Below, piece after piece: positions 36,380-46,444 of a stretch of DNA of 61,276 nt. Each line of letters opens with the position of its first letter. Positions within the stretch are counted from its first letter, which is position 1. Location: positions 1 to 61,276 of IMG/VR virus record IMGVR_UViG_3300024262_000031, one strand, 5' to 3'. The position numbers and the translations under genes were made by a program. Source of the stretch: a virus (Duplodnaviria > Caudoviricetes). The notes under the pieces are model-generated. The model ran no database searches. It had not been told where the DNA came from and worked only from the letters and a program-made list of their open reading frames with translations.

Positions 36380-39300
36380 TTATCGGCGGCGGAAACCGCG
36401 AACATGTCTGTTAGTCATTCGAGTCCAAGGAAAACAATGGATAGACAGTGAATGAATAGAACTCACTGCTTCGCCCGGTAAAGCTCCAAAATCCCAATTA
36501 TAGTTTACGCCTAAGTCCGTATTACCCGGGGCAGTGGCGTCGATTGTCGTACCTGCGTTAGCATTGCTATATCTAACGCTTACGTCAAAGGCCAAAGCAC
36601 TAGCACCCTGTACGTCTAAAGTCCAAGTATTAGTTGCATTAAAGGTTACATTAGAAACGTAAAAATCATTTCCTACGATTATGTCAGCGGCGTTCATCGC
36701 ATCGGCATCCGATACAACACTAAATCCCGTGCTGTTTGCTGAGTTGATGGTAAAATCACCGATTGTTTGTAGCGTCTGTCCGTTAAAGTCTATCTCACCG
36801 GCTGTGCCTAAGAAAGAGTCCGTGACCATGTTTCCAGTGAGAATCGCTGTACCAGATGCTTTGTCAACAATCACGTCTTCAACATCACCGGCACTGAAAT
36901 TAAGCTCTTGAGTACCCGTACCATCCAGTGTGATAGATGAGCCAGCCGCACCTTTGGTGTAAACTTTTGGACCAGCACCCAACAACTGGAAATCACCACT
37001 GATATTCCAATTGGTGTCAGCCCCGGCTCGTGTAATCGCAGCGGTCCCGGAAGACGAACCTGACATTCTAACGATGCCCGTGACATTGACTGTCGGATTA
37101 TTAGTTCCCATGTCTATGGTCACATCACCAGTACTGTCAGCATTGACAATAAGGTAGCCACCAAAAGTATATGTCCCAGCGGCAAATTCTAATGTTCGAG
37201 TACTGTTTGAATGATAATAAGTATTGGGATAAATCCCATCATCAAAGGGATTAACTGTGTCCAAGTACCTAAGAAACAAAGTACCCGTCCCAGTAATCTG
37301 ACCATCGTTAGTTGGGATACCATAGCCACTGGCTGGTTGATAGCAATAAATACGACCCCCTGTAGCAATAACAATTTCGCCGCCAGACTCCACGATTATG
37401 TCATTGGAACCCGATATCTTGATGTAATGTCCTGTATCAGTGGTAGTAAATGTTCCGCCGTTAGTGACCTTTAACCAACCACCCACTACCCCCGTATTTA
37501 TAAAGAGAATGTCAGATGATTCGGGATGTGTATAGGTGCCAGAAATTGTCAATCTGTAAAAGGCATTGATATCGCCCGAACAATAGGTCTCAATGTTTCC
37601 TGATCCAGTTAATTGGATTTCACCACTTTCGGCTAGGAATGAACCAGACGCAGTCGCGGCAACCGTATCCCAATCACCACCTACATCCCAGGTACCTGTA
37701 CCGGCTCGGCAGGTAGTGCCACTGTTCATGCGGAAGAAATCATTGATCGTAACATTCCAATCGTCGGCATCAAATATACCACCGTCGATCAAGAGACTTT
37801 GACAATCAATGTCACTATTTAAGTCCATAGTGCCACTGGAATCAATTTCAATGGCATCCAAAGTTCCAACGACCCGACTCGTATCAATATACGTAGCACC
37901 TGTAAAGGTTATGAGTCCCGTACCTTTGAACCAATTTACTACATTTGCACCATTAGTTGCTGAACTTCTAAAATAACTACCTATGGTGATATCAGGGTTA
38001 TAGGTATTGTTATAGATATAGATTTGATGACCCGTATCAACTGATCCACTGTAACAGTGGAGATAACCTGTGTAGGTATGCGACCCTGCACCGAAGGTGA
38101 TATAACAATGACCGACATAAGGAGCCTCAATATGTAAATTACTACTATAAACTCCAGCGGGCCACACAGCCGCCGTTGTGGACCAATTACGAAGGTATAT
38201 ATCACCGACTGAAATGGACCCTGAAGTATAGCTAACTAGACCACCGCCAACGCGACTATAATAGAATACAATAAAGGTTCCTGTGATTGAGCTACTTGGC
38301 CCCGTTGTCATTTGACAATTACCATAAATCCAAAAGCCGGCAGCTATATCAAAGGTGCCATTGATGACACAGGTTCCATCCTTAACTACCAACGCAGCCG
38401 AAATATTGGTGATAGTCGCGCCAGTTGAAACTTCAAAATGGTATGGACCATAACCAGTAGTATTACCCTTAATGGTCTTCCCAGTGCCAGTCATAACAAG
38501 CTTACCGCTATCCTGATGAAAGTTCGAGGGTGTTGCAAGGCTAATGTCTACGTTACCATTACACGTCCAAGTACCTTCACCCATATAGACTATGCCATCA
38601 GTCAGCGTAAGATTACCCGTACCAGTGATGGTTACGTCGCTGGTGTCAGCATCAAAGGTTCCACTTGAGAGCGTAAAGCTTTCAGGTTTAATAATAGTCG
38701 CATCGGTATCCAGTGTCCACGTTCCACTTCCATTAAACACTACATCTTCGATATCATTAGTGTACGTGTCCAGAGTATGTGACCCTGACCCAGCAAACGT
38801 GAGTGTACCAGAACCCTTGTTCCAAACTATACTGTGATGAAGGAAATTAACATTGTTCCCATCGGTACAATTGAAATTCCAGTTGATAGCTGATGCGCCG
38901 TTGTTGCTGACGGTAATTATCCCGCCAGTTGTAGGTGCCACATTAAACTCGCCTGTGAGGGTAAAGGCTGGAATATTAGTGGTGTTATCAACCAAAAGTG
39001 AATAGTTAGCTGGATCATTCTCACTAGAAAATCTTAAAGAATGAAAATTGTAAGCACCTGTTAATGGTTGCCAAGTACTATTCTCTGATTGAGCCCAAAT
39101 CTTGACTTCACCGTTTGTATAATTACCAGGTGGAATCAATACACCGACTTGAGGATCGTAGAAAACTGTGGAAGCTATACTAAAGGTATATGCACCAACT
39201 AAGGTCAAACCTTTACCCACACCCATACTCAAGAAACGCAGAGTTCCCGTACCAGTAACCGTACCGTTGTTGATTGTCATATTACCGTCGCCACTATTAC

Positions 39301-41980
39301 AACGGAATGCCAGAGTGTCTACGGTTAAAGTACCCGTCACTAACGTTTCGTACTGAACATCAATGGAAGTATCAGTGCTGGAATGGACGTACGTTGAACC
39401 AGATACAGTAAGATTTGTAAGAATTTGGGAGATAGCTCCTAAGAGATATTTATTTGTGCCCGTCATATCGAAGAGAGTTAGACTATTCAAATCCCATGTT
39501 ATTACATCTTTGTAATCAAAATTCCCAGCAATCGTCCAGGTTCCGCCTACACCAAGACCAGCCTTGGTGTCTACTTCGTCCATGTCGAGAATCACATCAC
39601 CGGCAACATCAACGTCTATCCCATTGGTCCAGAGGCCACCATCTGTCCCCGTAAGAGACTTACAGTCCAGATGTGCCACGGGGGAACTTGTACATACAAC
39701 CCCTGTCCCTGAACCACTATTGTCCAAAACAACATTACCAATGCCATGAGCCCATTCATAAGTTTGGTTTGCTGTCCCTACAAATTCTAATGTCTCACTC
39801 CCTACCGTCCAATCTATCTGTGATGAATCGACGCCACCACTATAGGTAGCACTGCCAGCAATATTAAACGTAGGATTATTGGTCATGTCTACATGGAGAA
39901 TTCCAGTACTATCCTGATACAAATCAAGGATAGTGATATTAAAAGTTCCACCATCTGGTTTCACATAACAACCGGTCGTGCCCTCACTCCGAATTTGAAC
40001 GTGTGATCCACCATAAGTTCCAGGTGCCCATAGACTTCCTGACTGACATTGCATGAAAACAGTATGATAGGCCGCCCACGTCCCAGCATTGGTTATGACA
40101 CCATACCCCGAGGTAGTTTCGTATAGCCAAATACCATCTCCACTACTAGACGTAAGGACTCCAGTTGAGCGAACATGGACATTTACGGGACCAATACACC
40201 TGATAGTGTGGCCATTAAAACTCAATGTCCCGTAGAGATCAAGACCAGAAGTAATATCAAGAGTAGGTCCACCAGCTAATGTGACTGTTACACCAGTGTT
40301 GACAGTCAGTGCTCCAATATCGACTTCAGATGTGTAAGTAAAGGTCGAGCTTGCTGTCATTACAAATCTAGTGCTGCCAGTAGACGAGGCACCAGCTATG
40401 TTAGTCGTGCCACCTAAAGTCCAGGTACCAGAACCCGTTGTTAAAGTATCCGGGCCTTTAACGACACCACCGCCGGTAACAGTTACATCGTAACCATTAG
40501 CATTCCAGGTTCCATTTGTCAATGTCAGTGTACGACAGTAGAAGTGACCACTTAGAGTCACACCGTTGGCAGTCTTATTCAGAACTACAGGATCAACTGT
40601 AGCGTACGCCATACAGTTAGTCGTATTGGTCGTACTTTGTAGGTTAATGACGGACGCGGAACTCTGTGTCCAACCTGCGCCACTCTGGACACGGAATAAA
40701 TTGTCAATGTAGGCGTCATATTCGTTGAGGTCAAAGATACCATCAATAATGTCTAAGCCATTACAATATAAATCCCCGTACTGTAGAATACTCCCTGACC
40801 CTGTTTTTTGGACCCGAATGATATTGAAAACGGGATCAGCAATATTTCGAGCATCGAGATATCTACCAGCCTCAGCACCTGTGAAGTAGATAATTTCGGT
40901 ACCACTATTCCAATAGAATCCCCCAGAACCACGAATATACGAAGTAACAAACGATGCCCCGATCCTCCAATAATTACCAGTACTCTGAGTCACAGTCATA
41001 TTAGCAGTAGTACTAGCCTCCATTATTATTTGGAGATGGCCACCTATATCAACATTACAACTACTTCCACCTGCCCTTATATTTAAGCTACCACTCGCAT
41101 TAGCATTCGATTGCTTACAAATCACAGTCCCACTGATGTGACAATATTGATTCGGAAACGTAAACTGCCCATCCGTTGTAGCTGGACCCCAGACCTGAAA
41201 AGCAGCATCGTAGCCATTCGTGGTACTCATTGCCCACACACCAACACCAAGTGATATGCTAGGATAAAAGTTGTATACTGTACCCCCAATCAGGTTCGCA
41301 GTGGCAGCCATAGATGCTACACCACCTACTCCCGGGGAGTACCATGCAACGTAGCTAGTGGATACGTCTAGGGTAGCGCCAGACTCAAGATATATCTTGG
41401 ACTGCCTTACTGCCCCGATGTTCCAAGCTACCATCGTCGTAGGAACAGTCAACGTTTTATTCGTTTTGACAGTGAGATCGTGGTGCCACCGCACCGTTGT
41501 TGTATTAGCTGTAACTGTGCCGTTAATCTCTAAGTCATAGAAATAAGTTGCTCCTGATTGGCCAGTCTGAAGCCCCTTACCAGTACCAGTCATTATAATT
41601 TTACTACTACCTGGAAGCCATGTGCCAAGAACCAAATTGCATTGAAGATTGCCCCCAATACTCCATGTTGATGTAGTCCCCAGTTTAATCGAACCAGCAG
41701 CCGCGCATCCAAAGATGCAGTCCCCTGTGATTGTATGGACATAGGTGCTCAGATTATCGGTTCTAAGTTCACCAGCAAAATCATTGTACATACTTAATGA
41801 AGCTATAGATACATTAGCAGTGATGGTACAGTTCTCACTGCCAGACGATGCCTTGAAGATAGCCGTATCACCGGTTGTGGGATACGCAGCAACGGGCGCA
41901 CCACCGTCACTTAACGACCATGCGTCGGTAGTATCATTCCAAATTCTAACACCAGGTGCTACCCAATAATATGTTGCCAT
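36380..41980 (-). CDS. giant beta-strand/beta-helix repeat virion protein (head fibre or spike candidate)
   Basis: 1866 aa, Gly/Thr/Ser-rich; MATYYWV...W...P...D.A.F N-terminus; recurring GT....G.W...G...MTGTGK units; located in the head module. Confidence 0.75.
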   Translation of the reverse strand: MATYYWVAPGVRIWNDTTDAWSLSDGGAPVAAYPTTGDTAIFKASSGSENCTITANVSIASLSMYNDFAGELRTDNLSTYVHTITGDCIFGCAAAGSIKLGTTSTWSIGGNLQCNLVLGTWLPGSSKIIMTGTGKGLQTGQSGATYFYDLEINGTVTANTTTVRWHHDLTVKTNKTLTVPTTMVAWNIGAVRQSKIYLESGATLDVSTSYVAWYSPGVGGVASMAATANLIGGTVYNFYPSISLGVGVWAMSTTNGYDAAFQVWGPATTDGQFTFPNQYCHISGTVICKQSNANASGSLNIRAGGSSCNVDIGGHLQIIMEASTTANMTVTQSTGNYWRIGASFVTSYIRGSGGFYWNSGTEIIYFTGAEAGRYLDARNIADPVFNIIRVQKTGSGSILQYGDLYCNGLDIIDGIFDLNEYDAYIDNLFRVQSGAGWTQSSASVINLQSTTNTTNCMAYATVDPVVLNKTANGVTLSGHFYCRTLTLTNGTWNANGYDVTVTGGGVVKGPDTLTTGSGTWTLGGTTNIAGASSTGSTRFVMTASSTFTYTSEVDIGALTVNTGVTVTLAGGPTLDITSGLDLYGTLSFNGHTIRCIGPVNVHVRSTGVLTSSSGDGIWLYETTSGYGVITNAGTWAAYHTVFMQCQSGSLWAPGTYGGSHVQIRSEGTTGCYVKPDGGTFNITILDLYQDSTGILHVDMTNNPTFNIAGSATYSGGVDSSQIDWTVGSETLEFVGTANQTYEWAHGIGNVVLDNSGSGTGVVCTSSPVAHLDCKSLTGTDGGLWTNGIDVDVAGDVILDMDEVDTKAGLGVGGTWTIAGNFDYKDVITWDLNSLTLFDMTGTNKYLLGAISQILTNLTVSGSTYVHSSTDTSIDVQYETLVTGTLTVDTLAFRCNSGDGNMTINNGTVTGTGTLRFLSMGVGKGLTLVGAYTFSIASTVFYDPQVGVLIPPGNYTNGEVKIWAQSENSTWQPLTGAYNFHSLRFSSENDPANYSLLVDNTTNIPAFTLTGEFNVAPTTGGIITVSNNGASAINWNFNCTDGNNVNFLHHSIVWNKGSGTLTFAGSGSHTLDTYTNDIEDVVFNGSGTWTLDTDATIIKPESFTLSSGTFDADTSDVTITGTGNLTLTDGIVYMGEGTWTCNGNVDISLATPSNFHQDSGKLVMTGTGKTIKGNTTGYGPYHFEVSTGATITNISAALVVKDGTCVINGTFDIAAGFWIYGNCQMTTGPSSSITGTFIVFYYSRVGGGLVSYTSGSISVGDIYLRNWSTTAAVWPAGVYSSNLHIEAPYVGHCYITFGAGSHTYTGYLHCYSGSVDTGHQIYIYNNTYNPDITIGSYFRSSATNGANVVNWFKGTGLITFTGATYIDTSRVVGTLDAIEIDSSGTMDLNSDIDCQSLLIDGGIFDADDWNVTINDFFRMNSGTTCRAGTGTWDVGGDWDTVAATASGSFLAESGEIQLTGSGNIETYCSGDINAFYRLTISGTYTHPESSDILFINTGVVGGWLKVTNGGTFTTTDTGHYIKISGSNDIIVESGGEIVIATGGRIYCYQPASGYGIPTNDGQITGTGTLFLRYLDTVNPFDDGIYPNTYYHSNSTRTLEFAAGTYTFGGYLIVNADSTGDVTIDMGTNNPTVNVTGIVRMSGSSSGTAAITRAGADTNWNISGDFQLLGAGPKVYTKGAAGSSITLDGTGTQELNFSAGDVEDVIVDKASGTAILTGNMVTDSFLGTAGEIDFNGQTLQTIGDFTINSANSTGFSVVSDADAMNAADIIVGNDFYVSNVTFNATNTWTLDVQGASALAFDVSVRYSNANAGTTIDATAPGNTDLGVNYNWDFGALPGEAVSSIHSLSIHCFPWTRMTNRHVRGFRRR

Positions 41981-42021
41981 CTAAACTTGCTCCATCAAAA
42001 CGAATGTTCGTTAATAAGAGA

Positions 42022-42051
42022 CCGATAGTCGGGATTCGTCCCGACTATCGG
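42022..42051. terminator. hairpin, putative intrinsic terminator
   Basis: Perfect 13-bp stem CCGATAGTCGGGA/TCCCGACTATCGG. Confidence 0.7.
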
Positions 42052-42063
42052 GTTAAAAACGTG

Positions 42064-42384
42064 TTATGCAGTTTCTTGCAAGATAAATCGACCCTCAATT
42101 GTCGCGTGAACTTCAAAACCAGCGGGGATATCGTTCGCAGTTGGAACGCTACCACTAACCACTAATTCACAAGTATCAACACCCGTGACACCCTCAATGG
42201 CAGTTTCCATGGTAGCCAGGTCATCTTCGTCATAGCCATTAGCCAATCGGACGATACCGAACGCCACTTCCAGTCCAGCAGTTAAGGGGCCGACCTGTTG
42301 CCGTTGGGGACGGTAAAATTTGTCCCAGTAACGTTCCTTCATGTCGGAATCGCTAGTCTCGGTAATTCTTAGGCATTCGGCCAT
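42064..42384 (-). CDS. hypothetical protein
   Basis: 106-aa ORF with GAGGAG RBS. Confidence 0.7.
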   Translation of the reverse strand: MAECLRITETSDSDMKERYWDKFYRPQRQQVGPLTAGLEVAFGIVRLANGYDEDDLATMETAIEGVTGVDTCELVVSGSVPTANDIPAGFEVHATIEGRFILQETA

Positions 42385-42398
42385 ATTAAAAGCTCCTC

Positions 42399-42713
42399 TT
42401 AATCAGTTGAGTAATAAGCTACATTGAGTTCGGCACTGGCAATTTCTTCGATAAACTCGATTGCATCGACATCGCCAGTATACCAAAATTCTTCACCCGC
42501 TGAAATCCTCATCCCTGCGGACGAGGTAGGTGAAGTTCCGTCGTCACGCCAACGGACATTTTGAGTCACTGCTTGAATGAGGGCCATTGTTGCCCCGGCG
42601 GGGACTGTAAGACCTGTCGCCGTGCTGGGTGCGATCTTTTCGTACCCTTTTGGCGTCAGAGGTGCATCTTGAATTTGGATGACACCGCCTTTCACCCTTG
42701 TGGGAATACTCAT
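42399..42713 (-). CDS. small beta-sandwich protein, possible capsid decoration
   Basis: ALIQA..QNVRWRDDGT.PT.S.GM.I..G pattern typical of small phage virion proteins. Confidence 0.65.
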   Translation of the reverse strand: MSIPTRVKGGVIQIQDAPLTPKGYEKIAPSTATGLTVPAGATMALIQAVTQNVRWRDDGTSPTSSAGMRISAGEEFWYTGDVDAIEFIEEIASAELNVAYYSTD

Positions 42714-42780
42714 GACCCTGAACTCCGGTTATTTGTACCAGGCTAACTACAAAGAGTTAGCCTGGGATGTTAGGTTTGCC

Positions 42781-43656
42781 TTATACCGCGATAATGATAT
42801 AATTTTGAGTGGCGGCTAATGAGTCAACATACAACATATTAGCATTCTCGATTGGCAATACCAAAGTTTCACCGGCGTCCAGTGGATATCCATTGGCGCT
42901 ATTGAAGGCGTCAACTGTCGCGCCTCCGACCCAAATTGGGTTGTCAGTATCATTGTCATCGCGTGAGCGAATCATAATAAACTTGTCAGCCGCAGCAGCC
43001 GCTACTTGAGCAGAAGCATTAGCTCCACCTGTATTCGCTGTAGCCATAGATACAGAAGGCTCAGTCATCTTGATAGCTTCAATGTTAGCTACCTCAGCGA
43101 CATTCGCCACTTCAGCCACGTTTGCTACGTTTGTTACGCTAGCCACTACAGCTACGTTAGCAACTTCAGCTACGTTAGCAACTTCAGCTACGTTCGCTAC
43201 GTTTACAACGTTTGCTACGCTAGTTACGCTAGCCACTACGGCAACGTTAGCAACTTCGGCTACGTTAGCTACGTTAGTTACGCTAGTTACGCTAGCCACT
43301 ACAGCTACGTTAGCAACTTCAGCTACGTTAGCAACTTCAGCTACGTTAGCAACTTCAGCGACGTTAGCGACGTTAGCAACATTAGTTACGCTAGCCACTA
43401 CGGCAACGTTTGCTACGTTAGCTACTTCAGCTACGTTAGCAATGTTCGCAACTTCCGTTACGCTAGCAACGACAGCTACATTAGCTACGTTAGCGACTTC
43501 AGCTACGTTCGCAACTTCGGCCACGTTAGCGACCTCTTGAACGTTCGCTACTTCTTGAATGTTGAGTACTTCGTTTACCTGTGCGATGAAGTCGATATTA
43601 CCAACCTCAACGATAGTTTCGATAGTACCTTCAACAACATTTACGGGAATAGCCAT
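42781..43656 (-). CDS. V-A-x tripeptide-repeat protein with C-terminal beta-sandwich
   Basis: About 155 aa of VAN/VAE/VAV/VAS/VTN repeats; C-terminal IWVGG..V...NGYPL.AGE.L.L; AGGAG RBS. Confidence 0.8.
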   Translation of the reverse strand: MAIPVNVVEGTIETIVEVGNIDFIAQVNEVLNIQEVANVQEVANVAEVANVAEVANVANVAVVASVTEVANIANVAEVANVANVAVVASVTNVANVANVAEVANVAEVANVAEVANVAVVASVTSVTNVANVAEVANVAVVASVTSVANVVNVANVAEVANVAEVANVAVVASVTNVANVAEVANVAEVANIEAIKMTEPSVSMATANTGGANASAQVAAAAADKFIMIRSRDDNDTDNPIWVGGATVDAFNSANGYPLDAGETLVLPIENANMLYVDSLAATQNYIIIAV

Positions 43657-43668
43657 ATGACATTACTC

Positions 43669-45525
43669 CTAATTTTGTTGGTTGTCGCGGCCTTCGCCAC
43701 GAACAGGTTTCTTGATAGATTCACGCATGGTCACATCCCGGCTCTCTTCTTTTTCTTCTTTACCTTCCGTAGCCGGATCGGAAGATACGTCGGTGAGACC
43801 TCGGGCTCCAGCCCGATCCTTATTACCCTCGCTACTCTCAGTTTCCTCGTCTCCTGATTGCGCTTCCTTTATACGCGATATACGCTCCATGTGGTCCTTC
43901 CTAGCTTGGAGGTATTCATTATCACTAAAGCCTAGAGCAATTGAGGCCGTTTGCTCACCAACTAACCCCGCCTCGCGCGACTTGATAATTACTTCAGGGT
44001 CGCTAGTGGTATAGTTTGCCGTCTCAACTTCCTTGTAGATTCGGTCTAAAGTATCCACTGAAACCTTCCCTGATAGCAGTGTAGATACAATAGTCTTCGC
44101 AAGCTCACGTTTAACTGTACCGCCAGGTACCGTGTACATAAGCTCAGCGACTTTGGTTGCCTCTTCAATACGATTTTTGTCAGTCTTCAAACTGTACCTA
44201 TCGGGATACTTGATTGTCGGGACCAAACGTTTTCGAGAAACACGTTCCTCGTACGCGGACCAAAATTCACCAATTCGACGCTCAGCACCTTCTAGGATGA
44301 GACCAATAAATGACAACCCAGCTTCCAAGCCTTGGTTATCCATTTCCTTGGACTCGGGTGATACACGCTTTCCAACTTTATTTTGTACAGCAAGCTGTAC
44401 TAGTTTACGTATATCGTCCTCAAGTTTTTCTTGCAGCTTAATAGAGGCTTCTAATGGTTCAGGTGACGGATGGATAAAGGACGGGGCTTCCATTTTCATG
44501 TCGTAAGCACGACCTTGGGTAGCACCCACTGTGATTTCTTTATCATGTGCGCCTTGCCCACCAGAAGTAGCCGTTCCATCGGGATTAGCTGCGTGTTTGA
44601 GGTGGTCTCCAACGGCACGCAAGTCTTGTTGTTCAATGTAAAAGGGATAATTCGCTTTCAACGCATACGCTACATCACTTGAGCCTAAATTCAATAAAGC
44701 GATTTGGTGTCTACATACATCCTTCAGTAAACTGTCACCTATATCCAACAACACAAACGGAATTTGAGTGAGTTCGAGTTCGATTGGTGCGTCCGTAGCT
44801 GGCATACCAGTGTACCTATCGACAGGGAGTCCTTTTGTGTCAAAGAATTGTACGTTTACTTTTCCAGTATCTTGATTGATCCACACCAGCCTGAAACGTT
44901 CGTAGGTGCCATCTGGGATACTAATCTGATATCCACCAGGTTGTTTGAACGTCGCACATCTATCCCGTAATAAAATGGCTTGAAATTCTTCTGGTCTACT
45001 GGGGTCAGAACAGGTCCATGAAAGAATGTCTTCTACTGGATATCTGTATAAATATGGTCGCATTTCGACTGTATCCGCAAGACTAGCTTGGCCACCGAAA
45101 CTTGGGGTAGTGACTGGCATATCAATATAACAACCGACCCGCCCCATTACTAGCAATTCTGTTAGGATATCAACACCCATGAACTTGTCCATACTGGACC
45201 CCTTCATGTCGATGCCGCCTTGTAATCCTTGAATAGCGTACTTATACGACTTAGAACCACCTTTACGAACGGCGTCGTTCAGGCGTTGAAAAATAGAGTT
45301 ACGCACATCGTTTACAGCAGCCTTAGCAAAGGCGGGTATGGGAGTAATAGATTTTCGTGAGTTGAAATCATCGTCACTCTCACGTGTCGTGAACTTTCGC
45401 AAATAGCTATTTACGAAGTACTCACCAGACTCGTACGTGTCTCTCCATAGTTGCCAATATCCCAAGTCCTTAATATAGACTGGGTGTCTAGCAGCAACTA
45501 AATTATGAAAGGTTGGACTCGCCAT
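43669..45525 (-). CDS. portal protein
   Basis: 618 aa after terL; HP.Y......W...RD...G..Y...YL......E...F..R and L..IPFV patterns. Confidence 0.85.
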   Translation of the reverse strand: MASPTFHNLVAARHPVYIKDLGYWQLWRDTYESGEYFVNSYLRKFTTRESDDDFNSRKSITPIPAFAKAAVNDVRNSIFQRLNDAVRKGGSKSYKYAIQGLQGGIDMKGSSMDKFMGVDILTELLVMGRVGCYIDMPVTTPSFGGQASLADTVEMRPYLYRYPVEDILSWTCSDPSRPEEFQAILLRDRCATFKQPGGYQISIPDGTYERFRLVWINQDTGKVNVQFFDTKGLPVDRYTGMPATDAPIELELTQIPFVLLDIGDSLLKDVCRHQIALLNLGSSDVAYALKANYPFYIEQQDLRAVGDHLKHAANPDGTATSGGQGAHDKEITVGATQGRAYDMKMEAPSFIHPSPEPLEASIKLQEKLEDDIRKLVQLAVQNKVGKRVSPESKEMDNQGLEAGLSFIGLILEGAERRIGEFWSAYEERVSRKRLVPTIKYPDRYSLKTDKNRIEEATKVAELMYTVPGGTVKRELAKTIVSTLLSGKVSVDTLDRIYKEVETANYTTSDPEVIIKSREAGLVGEQTASIALGFSDNEYLQARKDHMERISRIKEAQSGDEETESSEGNKDRAGARGLTDVSSDPATEGKEEKEESRDVTMRESIKKPVRGEGRDNQQN

Positions 45526-45536
45526 TATGACCTCTG

Positions 45537-45863
45537 TTATTTGGCATTTGCTTGGAAGAATTCACGGTCCCAAAGAAATGATCGCTTGGGGTATCTACCA
45601 AGTGTTAGTACCTTGATGACAATACGAAGTGGTAGACGAATAGACAGTTGAATTAACCGGCCGAAATATCGGTACGCGGCTTGTCTTCGTTGGATTCGAG
45701 CTTGCACACGCGGGCGTCTTCGCCACGCCTGCCAAAATTCTGTCAAAAGCGGGAAATCCCACCCAAATGTGATTACAGCGATCAAATGCTTGAGAAACGT
45801 AAGGATCGGACGATTCCGTCTCCACCACCCACGTCTTGCAAGTTGTCTTTCTGATATATCCAT
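45537..45863 (-). CDS. highly cationic amphipathic protein
   Basis: GGAG RBS before ATG 45863; Arg/Trp-rich with two hydrophobic segments ending ITFG and LTLG. Confidence 0.65.
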   Translation of the reverse strand: MDISERQLARRGWWRRNRPILTFLKHLIAVITFGWDFPLLTEFWQAWRRRPRVQARIQRRQAAYRYFGRLIQLSIRLPLRIVIKVLTLGRYPKRSFLWDREFFQANAK

Positions 45864-45883
45864 AGAATTTACTCCAATTTTAC

Positions 45884-45912
45884 TTGACATTGTGAAATTT
45901 GTGTGTTATACT
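45884..45912 (+). promoter_or_regulatory. sigma70-type promoter of the HNH gene
   Basis: TTGACA-N17-TATACT followed by AGGAGG. Confidence 0.8.
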
Positions 45913-45931
45913 TAATATAGGAGGTAAACGA

Positions 45932-46444
45932 ATGAAAGAACAGTGGCGAGACGTAGTCGGATATTCGGGATATTATCAGGTCTCGAATCTTGGTCGAGTT
46001 AGATCAGTTGATCGAGTTATAAAACATCAGTATTCTGGTACACTAAGGCTAAAAGGACAAGAACTTCAACAATGTCTTAGAGGTAGTTATCTTGCAGTGG
46101 GCTTATGTAGGGGTGGAATTACACGAACTATTCGCGTTCATCAGCTTGTAGCGACTGCATGGATAAAACCTAACTCCAGTGGTCAAAAAGTTAGACATGG
46201 TGTTAATGGTAAACTAGATAACTCGGTTACTAATCTTTCCTACGGCTCATTGAGTGATAATCAACTCGATAGGCGTCGAGATGGGACACACCGAGGGAAA
46301 CCTGTACGGCGGAGTGATGGGGTTGAATTTATTAACATGCAAGTAGCGGCTGAAGAATCAAATTGTCGTGCTAATAGTATCTGTAGTGTTTGTAAAGGTA
46401 AACATAAAACTACAGGTGGTTATGGTTGGGAATACATTTTATAG
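45932..46444 (+). CDS. NUMOD4-HNH-NUMOD1 homing endonuclease
   Basis: MKEQWRDVVGY..YQVSNLGRVRS, VHQLVA, RH...DNSV.NL; stop overlaps the terL stop. Confidence 0.9.
   Translation: MKEQWRDVVGYSGYYQVSNLGRVRSVDRVIKHQYSGTLRLKGQELQQCLRGSYLAVGLCRGGITRTIRVHQLVATAWIKPNSSGQKVRHGVNGKLDNSVTNLSYGSLSDNQLDRRRDGTHRGKPVRRSDGVEFINMQVAAEESNCRANSICSVCKGKHKTTGGYGWEYIL

Noticed and set aside
43006-43857. Plus-strand ORFs of 283 and 156 aa (SYVSNF and ATSATL repeats)
   Set aside because: Shadow frames of the 9-bp repeat; the minus-strand gene has an RBS and fits the operon
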